DNA from: Chrysomallon squamiferum
Lineage: Eukaryota > Animalia > Mollusca
Length of the DNA stretch: 64,000 bases
Direction of reading: 5' to 3'
NCBI GenBank assembly: GCA_012295275.1
Contig: CM022665.1
Location: forward strand, 32,860,001 to 32,924,000
In this document: positions 40,952 through 52,435 of the stretch, piece by piece
How positions within the stretch are numbered: position 1 is the stretch's first letter
Layout: every line of letters starts with the position of its first letter
Translations under genes and position numbers: made by a program
The notes under the pieces: generated by a model
Seen by the model: the letters and a program-made list of their open reading frames with translations, nothing else
What the model was told of the DNA's origin: nothing
The model's database searches: none

Positions 40952-41373
40952 ATTGAGTGTTTTGTATAGTAGACTCTACATATTCCGTAAGCGACCTTGC
41001 ACACCTGATGCGATTTTCTATGCGTTGGGGGTGCATGGGTACTTGCGATTTTCATAGCGTTTTTCAGTACGTTTTCACGAATACATACTCGAACTTCCGA
41101 TTAAAATTAGGTGTAACAGAACTGAATATTAACAGATGTGGGCGATTGTGGAACAGTTAATATGTATAGAATAGTGATCATTCGAACTGTAATGAATGTT
41201 TTTGTACATGAATAATAAAACCTTTTTGCAAAACGACACACAGACAGAGAAATCACCTCACAACTGAATGTGTGTAACGTTACATTTTACATATAGTATG
41301 CGATACAGCAAAAATATGCTCACAGTCCGGCAGACAAGACCATATTTGTGCTTAATCTTGTTTTGGCGTCTAA

Positions 41374-41406
<33 letters not shown>

Positions 41407-41459
41407 TTTTTTTTTTTTTTTTTTAAGTGTTGGTAATTGATGTTTAGGGCATTCATAAT

Positions 41460-42513
41460 CTGAAATTACCAAGTGACATCTCACTTTTGGGCAATTTGTG
41501 CTAGGATACTAAATCCAAGATAGCCGCCACCGAATCTATTTTTCTCATATCTTCGTAACTAGATAGAAACATGAAGGAAAAACCATTTCAGGTGTTTTCA
41601 GGCATAAAGAATCTAATGCAGCTATATTTTTTTTCTAAATATACACAAAGAAATCAAGATCACAACGAGATAAAGGATGAAGAGACGCTGTAATAAGTCA
41701 AATTAAAATTATGTTGTCCTTTTAATACACTATATATGTTACAAGTAATAACTAATAGGTAAACAATAAATAATTAACTATTGAAGTTTAATGTATTTAT
41801 TTCTGGTTCAATTATTCTAAACATGTATGTGTGCAACATGGCCACAATCGAATCCGATCAAATTTAATAGATAAAATATAAAAATTACATTAAAGGTCGT
41901 GTTATTTGTTTTCAGGCATAAAGAATCGAATGCAACTGATTTTCCCCGATACAATGCAAAAATTAAAGATGGCCAGCATATTTTATTCTTTGCAGAAAAT
42001 GCATGTTTTCAAGAAGCCTTTACTATACAGTTATTGCGTTTTAAATGCTTAGCTTCATAAGCCACTCTTGTATTTTCTTGCGCTTTCTCAGTAGTTATGT
42101 TTATATTTAATAAAATGAGTTTTGATATTTCTTTGGTTTTGCATGATGACCTTTAGTTTCTGAATTTAATACACAACATTCCAAGAACTTTGACTTAAAT
42201 GTGCCTTTATTATTTTTCACTGTGACACATTTTCAGCAAGTTAGAGTCCAACCTCAGTGAAATGGTCGATGATGGTGGAGAATATTTATAAAAAGGAAGC
42301 CCAAGCTAGGCTCTCCAGTGACAGAAAAGAGAGAAACGCAAGCCGTAGATGAGCATCAGTTCTTTGGATCTAGTGATTCATCCTGAAGATGACACACCTT
42401 GTCGTTCATGTTTCTATCTGATCTAGTTACGAAGATACAAAGAAAATAGATTCGCCTGCGGTCTCATAGCACAAATTGCTAAAGGATGAGAAGATATCAC
42501 TTGGCAATTTCAG
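41460..42513. mobile_element. Degenerate DNA element (about 1.05 kb) with long imperfect terminal inverted repeats
   Basis: CTGAAATTACCAAGTGACATC...GCAATTTGTGCTA...CGAATCTATTTT...TATCTTCGTAACTAGATAGAAACATGAA (41460-41575) is mirrored at about 42405-42513; internal direct repeat TTTTCAGGCATAAAGAATC at about 41595 and 41909. Confidence 0.65.
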
Positions 42514-43302
42514 CATATATATAGGCCTATATCCTATTTCCAAAAATCGTGGCGTCAGTCGCGTTTGGTGTGCAAGCGTCAGCGTGCGTGTATGTTTTCA
42601 ACGATAGTTGTAATATTTGCTGCGAAAATCGCGAAAAGGGTTCTAAGAAATGAAAAGGTTTCAACAATGTAATTTAAAAAATATAAAACATCAGAGGCCT
42701 AAGACGGACATGGCCAAGGTGTTCCGACTGAACCTACGAACACGTTTCAGGAGCCGAGGTGTTCCGATACTCCTGGGAAGTGGTCGCTGTTTTCTTCTAT
42801 TTTGCTGTCATGGACCTAAACCATCAGACATCTTCAGTGTTTTACAAAGCTCAATCTAGGTTTAAAAGGTGTTTTTATGGCCTCCTGACAAAGAATTTAA
42901 AAACTAAAATGACAGCAATCTATATAAATCAATATTTCTATCAAATCACTAGATAAATAAATACAAGTTAAGGTGCATTTGTTATTTAATTACGACACAA
43001 ATGATAAAAGTATACAACAGTTAGATGTAGACTATATAAATAAAACACGTATGTCAGAAAACTAATTAAAAAAATAAATTGTTTATATTATCTGAATATA
43101 AAAATCGATATTATATATTATCAGTTACAAATATCTTAGAATTCCGTGACAGTGGGTTTAGTTGCGCAGATATTAATGGGAACCAGTAGAAAACAATGAA
43201 TAAAAAATGTGCGATCGGGCGACCGCAAAAGGTACACTCTGATACGTTCTATGTTAAGACATCATTATTTCAGATGTTTCATGTAGACTGGAAAAAAAGT
43301 GT

Positions 43303-43755
43303 CGGAGTATATGTTACAGGAAATATGTATTATCACAAAGAAAATATGTGTAATCACTGAACTGAAAGTATTACGGCCACAGCTGGTGATTGTCCAAGAA
43401 AAACATAGACATCCACAGAGCCAAGAATCCACAGAAAGGGCAAACTTTGACATTAAGGACATACTTGCGTGTTGCTTATGACATAACAATTTAATTGAAT
43501 GAAGTTTATTCAGTTACAGAATTCCCGTTTTCACATTGATATTAAGTATTCCCCATTTGTGGCACGGTTGGGTTCTGGTGTTTGCACCGCTTGTCATCAA
43601 CTAGCTTCCCTCATGAAATTCTCCATCGACAGCACTCAGATCATGATTTACTTGCAGCCATTGTATTGACAGTTCCCTGAGTGAACCAGACGTTACACAT
43701 ATTTTTTGAAATTTTCAGGAATTAATTATACATATTTCCTGTAACATATACACCC
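43303..43755. mobile_element. MITE-like element (about 450 bp)
   Basis: 24-bp perfect inverted match GTATATGTTACAGGAAATATGTAT at both ends, plus a subterminal AAAATATGTGTAA match; TSD unclear. Confidence 0.65.
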
Positions 43756-44305
43756 ATAGAAAGGCAACACTTTTGATATAAAATAAGAATTTAGAAAGTG
43801 TACTGGACACCAAAATATTTTGAGTTATATACATATATCATTATATTAGTATGATAATATGACGTTAATATTTTGTTTCTCGATGCTTTACAGAAATCAA
43901 AAATATATAATATTGGTATTAATTACTAAATAATATAATCATTGAAAAAAAAAAAAAAAAAAAAAAAAAAAAGGAAACGGAGGGGAAAAACCCAAATACA
44001 TCAAAAAATAACAAACTGAACAAAGAAACCGAAATCCCGAAAAATTTAAACAAAATAAAATATAAATCTGTTAATGATATTTAGATGTAGAATATACAAA
44101 TATATAGTTTTAATTAACTGCAGACATACATTTACAAATATGAAAAAATTATCATTTCTTTGAAATATTAAAAAAATAAAAAAATATATTTTCAGTAAAA
44201 TTTAAATAAAACATCAGTTAAAACATTTGTTGCAAAAATACAAGAGAATAAAAAGGATTTCAACACAGTAAATAAACATGTTAAAGTTCAGTTGTCAAAG
44301 ATAAG

Positions 44306-44619
44306 TCAAGTGTAATGAAAGTATGCTGTGACAACACCAGCATACTCTGGCACTACACGAACCCAGTGGGCACTGAACCCTTCAGGAAATATAAAGAATG
44401 TTGATAAACCCACATTCACCTCTAACCATTTCACATTCATCCATTTTTCTTCAGGAAGGTGATCTATAAATAATAAAACATTGATAGTGATGATAATAGT
44501 TTTAGTAACAATAATAACAAAATATAACAAATTGTTTTAAGAACATGAATTATCTGTAACATAACTTTATTATTTTTCATATTAAAAAACCATTATTTAG
44601 TTAATAATAATAATAATTA

Positions 44620-44659
<40 letters not shown>

Positions 44660-47478
44660 TTTTTTGCTTTTCATTGTATTGCAAAGTCGCAAATAATATA
44701 CACAGAAGAAAAAGAAAGAAAGAAATCTATTAGCTTAACAAAATGACACAAAGTAAATATTAATTTCTTTATTTTGTAAATAATTATTTCGTCTTTTTCT
44801 TCCTTTCTGATTTTCTTTTTTGGAAGTCACTTTTTTTTTTTTTTTTTTTTTTTTAACTTTAAAAATCTCTTTTATTCTCAAACCTGCTGATCCTGTGAAG
44901 TCCACCTGAATATAAAAAGACATCATATCTGAAGAACAACTTCTACAGCTGTGTGCAGTAAGAAATACAATTTTCTTATCAAATCCTGTCATAAGATAGG
45001 GATCTGAAGGTACATTAGACGAAACTTGGTCGTGTCGCCAGACTGCACCCCATCCCTGTGGTTTTCCAAAACCCCAGAGGTCATCTGTCTTGCCAAACCA
45101 TAAACCAGACTGAGCCTGCCCTGTCACAACATTGTTGTCCATGATAGGAGAGACCTTCACGAAAAAAGATTAATAAATGATTTAATTAATAAATAATAAT
45201 AATAATAAGAAGAAGAAGAAGAAGAAGAATGAAGGAATCATTAGGTGTCAAAAAAAACAACCCAAAACCCCCTAAAACCACCCCCCCCCCAAAAAAAACC
45301 AAACATTATAAACACACACACACACACAACCCCCCCACCCCACACACACACACGCTTTTATAAATATTTTATATTGAAAGTGGAGTATAGGAGTATGAAT
45401 TATTCGGATTTGCCTAATGGTAAGACTGACCATAAATACCAATGTGAGATAAATACATCCAACTGAAAGTGTTTCTTCAACACCAGAAACTGATTCCATG
45501 TACTTTTGTAATTTTCAAAATATGTTTTAATTTTCATTTACCGTTTCTTTTTCCGATTCCTAAAATGGAAATGATGCATTAGCCTCATGATAAAGCCTCA
45601 CAGAAAGCTGCTGAAATGCGATGGGCTATTCTTTTTCAGTTAACAGTAAGATATCGTTTTTCGTGCACCCTCCTCATCAGAACATTCTGACGATAATGAC
45701 AAAATTTTTGACAGAGATTATGTCAGAATTATTTTCACCAATGTCAGAACTTTAAGCAGGAAAGCAATACAGGGCCTTCGTTTAACTAGTCGTGGGTTAC
45801 CGATAAAAACAAAAATAGGAAACATCTGAGTAGACGCACTGAGAACGAGCGATATTACGACCAATCACGACCCCCAAACACATACAATCGTTTAAACAAA
45901 TACAATTATCAGAAATAGAACTAAGTTGTACTTGATTTCCAGCTAAAACGAGCATTCCTCGGAAAGAAGTGTAATCAGGGATCATTCTTAAATGCTGACA
46001 AATAGGTTTCAATCCCCATGTGCTGTCCATCCATCCCAGTGGTGACAACTCGTAAAACATCCCATGCATATCCATCAGGTAGCGCTCTGTTTCAACTTCG
46101 CGAATTCGAGGCCATTCCGTCTGCCATAGATGATCATAAGCGTGGCTGGCTTTTGGCAGTCGATATGTTTGCCATATCTTGTCTTTTCAAGAACCAATAA
46201 ATAGAAAATATATTTAATAAACAGATAAATTTTAAAAAATCTATCAAATGGATCATATTAACACGAAAGATATTTATATAATAAAAATAATATCTATTTA
46301 TCAGTTTTATTAACTAAAAAGCAGATTCAGAAAGCCACCGCTGCTTCGTTAATTGAAACGCAAATGGAATTTCATGCATAATATTGATTTTCACGTGTAT
46401 TGCTATATAATTCTTAATGTCATTAAAACATTTCTGCTGCTGCTTTTAACAAAGATATGAAAGGCATGAAATATAAGCCTAATAACTGGACAGACTAATA
46501 AAATAGTTTGATTTTTAATTAACTTATACCGGTACCAATTGTTGAAAAATCACCTGAATGACCCAAACTGTTGCCAACAAAGACTTTAAGAATGACTGAT
46601 CTGTAGTCCCATCCCAGAGCGTATATAATTTTGCCAAAATTACGTCTTCCGGTGACTTCAACAAATGCTGTCCTTTCCAAAATGGTCCAATTGTGACCCG
46701 GGCCTTCCCATTCAGCTAAACGACCGCCATGTTGAGATCTTGGAAAAGGTAAAAGAGAAATACGTCTATTATCTGCCGATTCAGATTTTGATATAAGCTA
46801 ATCAAGCCACACCGTTAGATCGCAGACCTGTTATTGACAGGTAATACTTATCAGTCACATTAACAAACTTAAAGGTTACTACAAAAAGGCACTTGTCATT
46901 AAAAAACCCAAACAGCAACAAAAAAAATTATTCTAAAAAAAGTCTGCAGAGAGGGCCTACCCTTTAAAATCCGCTTCTTCGAAAGTGTTGCTTGTCACCA
47001 CTAATCTACCATTCATGGTATGTGCTGCTTTAAAATGTGGTTGTTCCCCTGCGCTGACATTTATGTGCAGCTCTTTTACGAGATCAAAAAGCATGATGCA
47101 AGACATACTGTAAACATTGCATTCCCAGAGAGGTCCATCCATTCCAAGCATATATACCTGGAAGCAGTGAACCAGTATATATAACTGGAATAATTATTGA
47201 ATTTTTATTTTCTAATTTTAATTACAAAAACTAAGACAATATTCTTCATTGAGTTTTAATTTCTGTATTTATGAAACCACCCTTTATATTCCTCATCAGT
47301 AAACCTTAAATCAGGGACGGTAATTCTTGGCCCGCGAGGGGTTTTAGTCCGGCCCGTCAACTGAACACTTGGACACCAATTATCCGGCCAGACGGCAATC
47401 CTGATCGTTGTTTTATCTTTAAACCTCCAGACCAAGGCAGCCTTGCTTCCTAGCATCCTTATTTGGTGCTCAAGATTG

Positions 47479-47566
<88 letters not shown>

Positions 47567-47640
47567 AATAGCCTACTAATAATAGCACTAACTACAGCAA
47601 TAATAATAGTAACGACGATGACAACAACTATAGTAATAAT

Positions 47641-47675
<35 letters not shown>

Positions 47676-48582
47676 AATAATAATAATACTAAAATTGTTC
47701 TTACTTCCGAGTCAGGATCGGTTAAATGTTCCGATGTAGCGGCAACTCGGACATGAAGCAAATCACCGAAGACGGCGATGTTGCGACTGGTATCGATGGT
47801 ATATGGGCCGATGATGATTTTGTTCGACTGACGATGGATTATTCTGTTGGCGTATGTTGATCTGTGACTTGCTATCTTCTTCATCTGTAAAGGTACACAG
47901 TGTGTAATATTACAGTTATCATATCTTTGGAGCTATTTCGTGTTCCAACAGATGCCCGACAAAACCAAAGCCGAAACAAAACTCCGGCATAAATATATTC
48001 AAATTCAGATACTGTTTTTTACGACGTTTTCTAGCTTCTGTACACTCTTTAGAACCGTACACGTATATCAGTAATAAACCCCACAAACATTCTTTCTAGC
48101 TAAGAAAAAGAAAGTTTATTATTACAAATAAAGCTGAGCATTTTTTATTTATTGATATTGTAGTGGAAAAATTACTGATGAAGCAGGCCTAATTTTTTTT
48201 CACTCACCACCATGTTGCTATCTATTTCATATAGTCCTGTCCCATCACCTGCATTGGGTACAGACAGATAGGAGATAATATACAGGCGGTCTGCCCATGG
48301 CATGAGAGCACCAATACCACACTCTGAACGAGTTGCTCCACTGTCCGCCGTTGCTGTTAAATTTGGGAATATGCCGGCGACATTGAAACCCTTCTCGACA
48401 ACACAAGAATGATTGGTATTGACGATCGGCGGAATATCAAATCGATACTTATAGTCGTAATAGCAGATCTTTCGTTTGTAGTTTTTCTTTTTATAATCAT
48501 TTGAATATCCCCCGGTTATTGATGCCACAACACTCAATACGATGACACATAGTATAAGCAGATTACTGATACTGTCAGACAT
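44306..48582 (-). CDS. Secreted 546-aa protein of unknown function, resembling uncharacterised bacterial (probably beta-propeller) proteins; 7 exons
   Basis: Phase-consistent minus-strand exons 48582-48208, 47884-47705, 47157-46961, 46738-46530, 46182-45932, 45154-44884, 44463-44306 (1641 nt, all GT-AG, no internal stop). Signal peptide MSDSISNLLILCVIVLSVVAS; motifs RSECGIGALMPWADRL, TYANRIIH, HLTDP, PHFKAAH, GRLAEWEG, LGWDYRSVIL, YRLPKASHAYDHLWQTEWPRIREVETERYLMDMHGMFYEL, QSGLWFGKTDDLWGFGKPQGWGAVW, PSDPYLMTGFDKK, FPEGFSAHWVR. Confidence 0.92.
47482..47566. repeat. (AG)n microsatellite in intron 2 of the 546-aa gene
   Basis: Perfect dinucleotide run. Confidence 0.95.
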
Positions 48583-49066
48583 TTCTATTAATTAGTCAGG
48601 TGGACGTGTATCGAACAGTTTCAGTGACTATAAATATAACATATGAGATTACAGCGTACCAAAGTCCAATATATTTAACAAACTGAGTTCGAATGACAAT
48701 AAGGGATCGTGATTGTAGATAATAATTTCAAGGCTGTTGTAAATAATAACTGAAATTACATATATAATAGATACGTATATATTCATACATACATCAACTC
48801 GAATCCATAGAGACAAAAACAAGGAAATGAAATTTCTCAGCTACTATGATTTTGATTTTTAAATCCACACACATGTTCAGCGGTTTATCAGATTGTTTCA
48901 TAATATTTCTAAATCATGAAAACCTACAGAGAGATAGAACCACATCCACATACCCATACCACAAAATCCACACTCAAACCTAACGCCACATACACTCACA
49001 AGTACAGTGAAACATGCCACACACATAAAAAGTCGATTATATGATTTATAAATTAATACATGTCAG

Positions 49067-49109
<43 letters not shown>

Positions 49110-49405
49110 ATGCACGCACGCACACACATCGGGCACTGACCCAAAAATATAGTTTTCTGGAACGGAACTGAATTTACTTCGTTAAATTAATTGTTATTTA
49201 CATACATATATTGTTCAAAGTTAATTGTTGCTTTAGAACTTAAAAGACCCATTTTAGGCAGAACGTCGCAGCAATTCGTCTTTCTTATCTTCGCGTATAT
49301 ATGTGAACAAACATGTTTTGTTCTTAATCGTAAAATAAACATGTTTTAAATAAATACATTTACAGACAATAACGACAGCTACAAAAGCAATCATAATAAT
49401 AACAA

Positions 49406-49410
<5 letters not shown>

Positions 49411-49494
<84 letters not shown>
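49411..49494. repeat. (CT)n microsatellite in the divergent intergenic region
   Basis: Perfect dinucleotide run. Confidence 0.95.
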
Positions 49495-49498
<4 letters not shown>

Positions 49499-49658
49499 TA
49501 CACACACACACACAACACACAGACAGACAGACACACACACATGCGCGTTTCCATGTACTTGAAATAAAATATCTTTTCTAGTGGGTGTAACTTGAGCACG
49601 GGAATGACGTTTATCTAACAGCATTTCTCTCACTTTATTATTCTGAAACGTCATAGCT

Positions 49659-50611
49659 ATGAAGTCCGCCTGGATATTAAACATTTTCTGTCTTATTAAT
49701 ATATTTTTGTTTCACGGTAAGCAAATATTTTGTTACATATTATGCAATATGTAAAGTATTTTTCTAAGGTTTAACCGTTTGAGGGTTTCTAGATCAAAAT
49801 TAACTGGTAGCCGGTACTGGTATTTTTTGCAAGACATATATCGGTTAATTTTTCAGCTGAATGTGTTTGCCGGACAGGTATGGTAGAATTCCGTTCGTCC
49901 TGTTATCTCTATGTACATCAAGTGGAAGACTTTGTTGAAGCTATGGTAAGCTGGATTTAAAAACAACAACAAAAAACCAACAAAAAAAACAATACTAATA
50001 AAATAAACAATCTTCATAGTTTTTAAACACTTGCATAATTCATGACATTATTGTTGTTGTTATTATTATTGCATAAAACACATACCCACTCACACAGAGA
50101 AACAACCAAAAAAAAAAATGGTGGCTGAAGAAATGTTTTTGACATTATTATTTTGTTGTTGTACTTTGATGTGTCGTCCCAAAACAGTCAACAATAAATA
50201 GGAAGTATAAAGCATTTTATTAGACCGTTTACCTATGCTTGCACAGGAGCACTTTAAACTTCATTATTTTAATAACAAATCACAGCTCCGAATAGGCGCT
50301 CAGACGTTTGGACTGGAGGCAATGATATGTTTGTGGAAGGAACGTGGGAATGGATGAACAGTGGAGAGAGGTTTACAGTCACTGACTGGCATCCCGGAAA
50401 CCCTTCAAATTCCCATGATAACGAGAACTGCATGGAGATACATTATTTCAAGACATACAAGTGGAATGATAACGACTGTCTTCACAAAACGTATTTCATC
50501 TGCGAGTCAGAGTACGTTCTGTTTAGCGGAACTCAGTTATGATACGTAATGTTAATCAACTCGCGGGATATTGTACGCCCTTTCAGATATTTTTATTATT
50601 ATACTTGCACC

Positions 50612-50651
<40 letters not shown>

Positions 50652-51108
50652 AAAGTGATTTATTTTAAAAATTGTACCACCAATGATATCGGTCAGAAAA
50701 AATAAGGGGAGAGATGCGCTTAATGTGATTTTGAAAAGTTTATTAATTTCATTAACAAGTTAAACTAATTAACTAATAATTAATGGCTACTGATTTACAT
50801 AGAAATTAACCATTTTGTAATTTTAGCAAAATCAGCTATTTTGTTTATCATTAATTATTTATTATTACGTTATTTAAATTATGTTTCAGTGTTTTATTTA
50901 TATATTTAGTTACTAATTTATTTAAATAGCTACTTATCATTAATTATTTTGTTTATTAGACTCTTTAATACAGTTTCATCATTTTCTTATTATTTGTTTA
51001 TTATTATTATTATTTACTTTATTATTACAGATTTTATTGTTATTACCACTACTACAACAGCTAATATTACTAGTGTTGCTGTTGTTCTTATTATTATTAT
51101 TATACTGA

Positions 51109-51152
<44 letters not shown>

Positions 51153-51189
51153 TTTCAGAGCTAGCACAGACTCAGCCTTTGTTGGATAA
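49659..51189 (+). CDS. Secreted perlucin-like C-type lectin; one internal exon apparently missing (possible pseudogene, deletion allele or assembly defect)
   Basis: Exons 49659-49716 (signal peptide MKSAWILNIFCLINIFLFH), 49857-49945 (AECVCRTGMVEFRSSCYLYVHQVEDFVEAM), 50286-50511 (DVWTGGNDMFVEGTWEWMNSGERFTVTDWHPGNPSNSHDNENCMEIHYFKTYKWNDNDCLHKTYFICES), 51159-51189 (EASTDSAFVG*). Exon 2 ends in phase 0 but the next exon begins in phase 1. Confidence 0.8.
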
Positions 51190-51587
51190 TATATCTCTGC
51201 AAGTAGGTGCTAATCACTATGCATATAAATATATTATATATTTATTATGCACCTTAGCTGCATTGTATATTGACAAATTACATAGCAATGTCCTAAAACA
51301 AATTGTTCTGCTGTTTGATGTATGTACTGTGCGTGAACCTGGGTTTGCAATATTTATTTAGTAATGCAGTGAACATGTAAAATACAGATAAAAGCTAAAA
51401 ATATGTTAACTAAACTGACAGCATACTAATAATTAAGAACAAAACAATATTTTGCTTCGTATGACAAATTCGTTAGTAATAATAATAATAATAAATACTA
51501 ATAAAATAAAATATAATAAAATAAATAAATAAATAAATAAATAAATATATAACTGAATAAATACAGACTTTTTTCTGTCTCGGTCGT

Positions 51588-51600
51588 GTTGCTATGGAAC
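51588..51600 (+). promoter_or_regulatory. RFX X-box-like motif upstream of the ciliary-type gene
   Basis: GTTGCTATGGAAC, an imperfect match to the X-box GTTGCCATGGCAAC, in a CpG-containing patch with ETS-like CTTCCG/CTTCCTG, about 230 bp before a donor AG|GTATGC at 51830. Confidence 0.4.
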
Positions 51601-52435
51601 AAACGAACAGTATTGAAAGATAACCTACTTCCGTTAACCTTCTAAGAAATTACTACTTCCTGTTTCCTGGAAAATCCTATTTTCGTTTTCTTCGAAAACA
51701 TTACTGCATATTTTTCTTTGAATAATCTGCACGGATATTTAGAATGTATTGCGCAGTCAGTAGCACGTACTCAGTATCGAACTAACTACTGACTTCGAGT
51801 CATTATGGAAATTTCTCCATCGGATCTTAGGTATGCGCAGACTTGAAGGATATTGTATTCTGGTGTGATATCTGTCAAGGAGTTTAGTTTATCGAAGTTT
51901 TGAATATGTCTTGTATTATGATTAGAACTAATTATTATTAGTAGTAAACAATGATTAGATAGCGATATGCAGTACAAATTTGAAGACCAAAATACATCAT
52001 GAATGTGGTGGCCAGATTTACCCCAAATCATCAGGGCAAATCTAGTCCCTGACAACAACTTTTAACGTGGTTCCCATTTCAAATGTATAAGCACTATGCA
52101 TACAGTGTTTGTGTATTTTGAAGCAGAAATAGATATACTACACATTATTCACTCCATTTTGTTGTTTCCTTTTGTCTGTGAAACTGTAGGTGAGGTTGAA
52201 TGGAAAAGGGGGCCAGAATTACCCCACCTTACCCTATACATAAAAGCAGCAACACTTTAAATAATGCGATCGCACAATCTCAGTGCAAAATCTATTGAGC
52301 TGCAACTGTGTATCGAAGACTAAAGGCCCTAATTCGTGATATATATTTGCTATAGGGCATGACTATAATCCTTACATTGACCTCGGTTTTGACGTAAGCA
52401 TCTATTCTTAACTTTAGAATTTGTATATTAGACTA

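Noticed and set aside
42691-42888. Possible small element bounded by TCAGAGGCC / GGCCTCCTGA
   Set aside because: Terminal match is short and gapped, with no TSD.
47311-47365. hAT-like GGCCCGCGAGGGGTTTTAGTCCGGCCC fragment
   Set aside because: Too short and lacks a second end or TSD, so not called as an element.
44306-48582. Bacterial contaminant or chimeric contig
   Set aside because: Six canonical spliceosomal introns containing host-type microsatellites, and continuous animal gene context on both sides.
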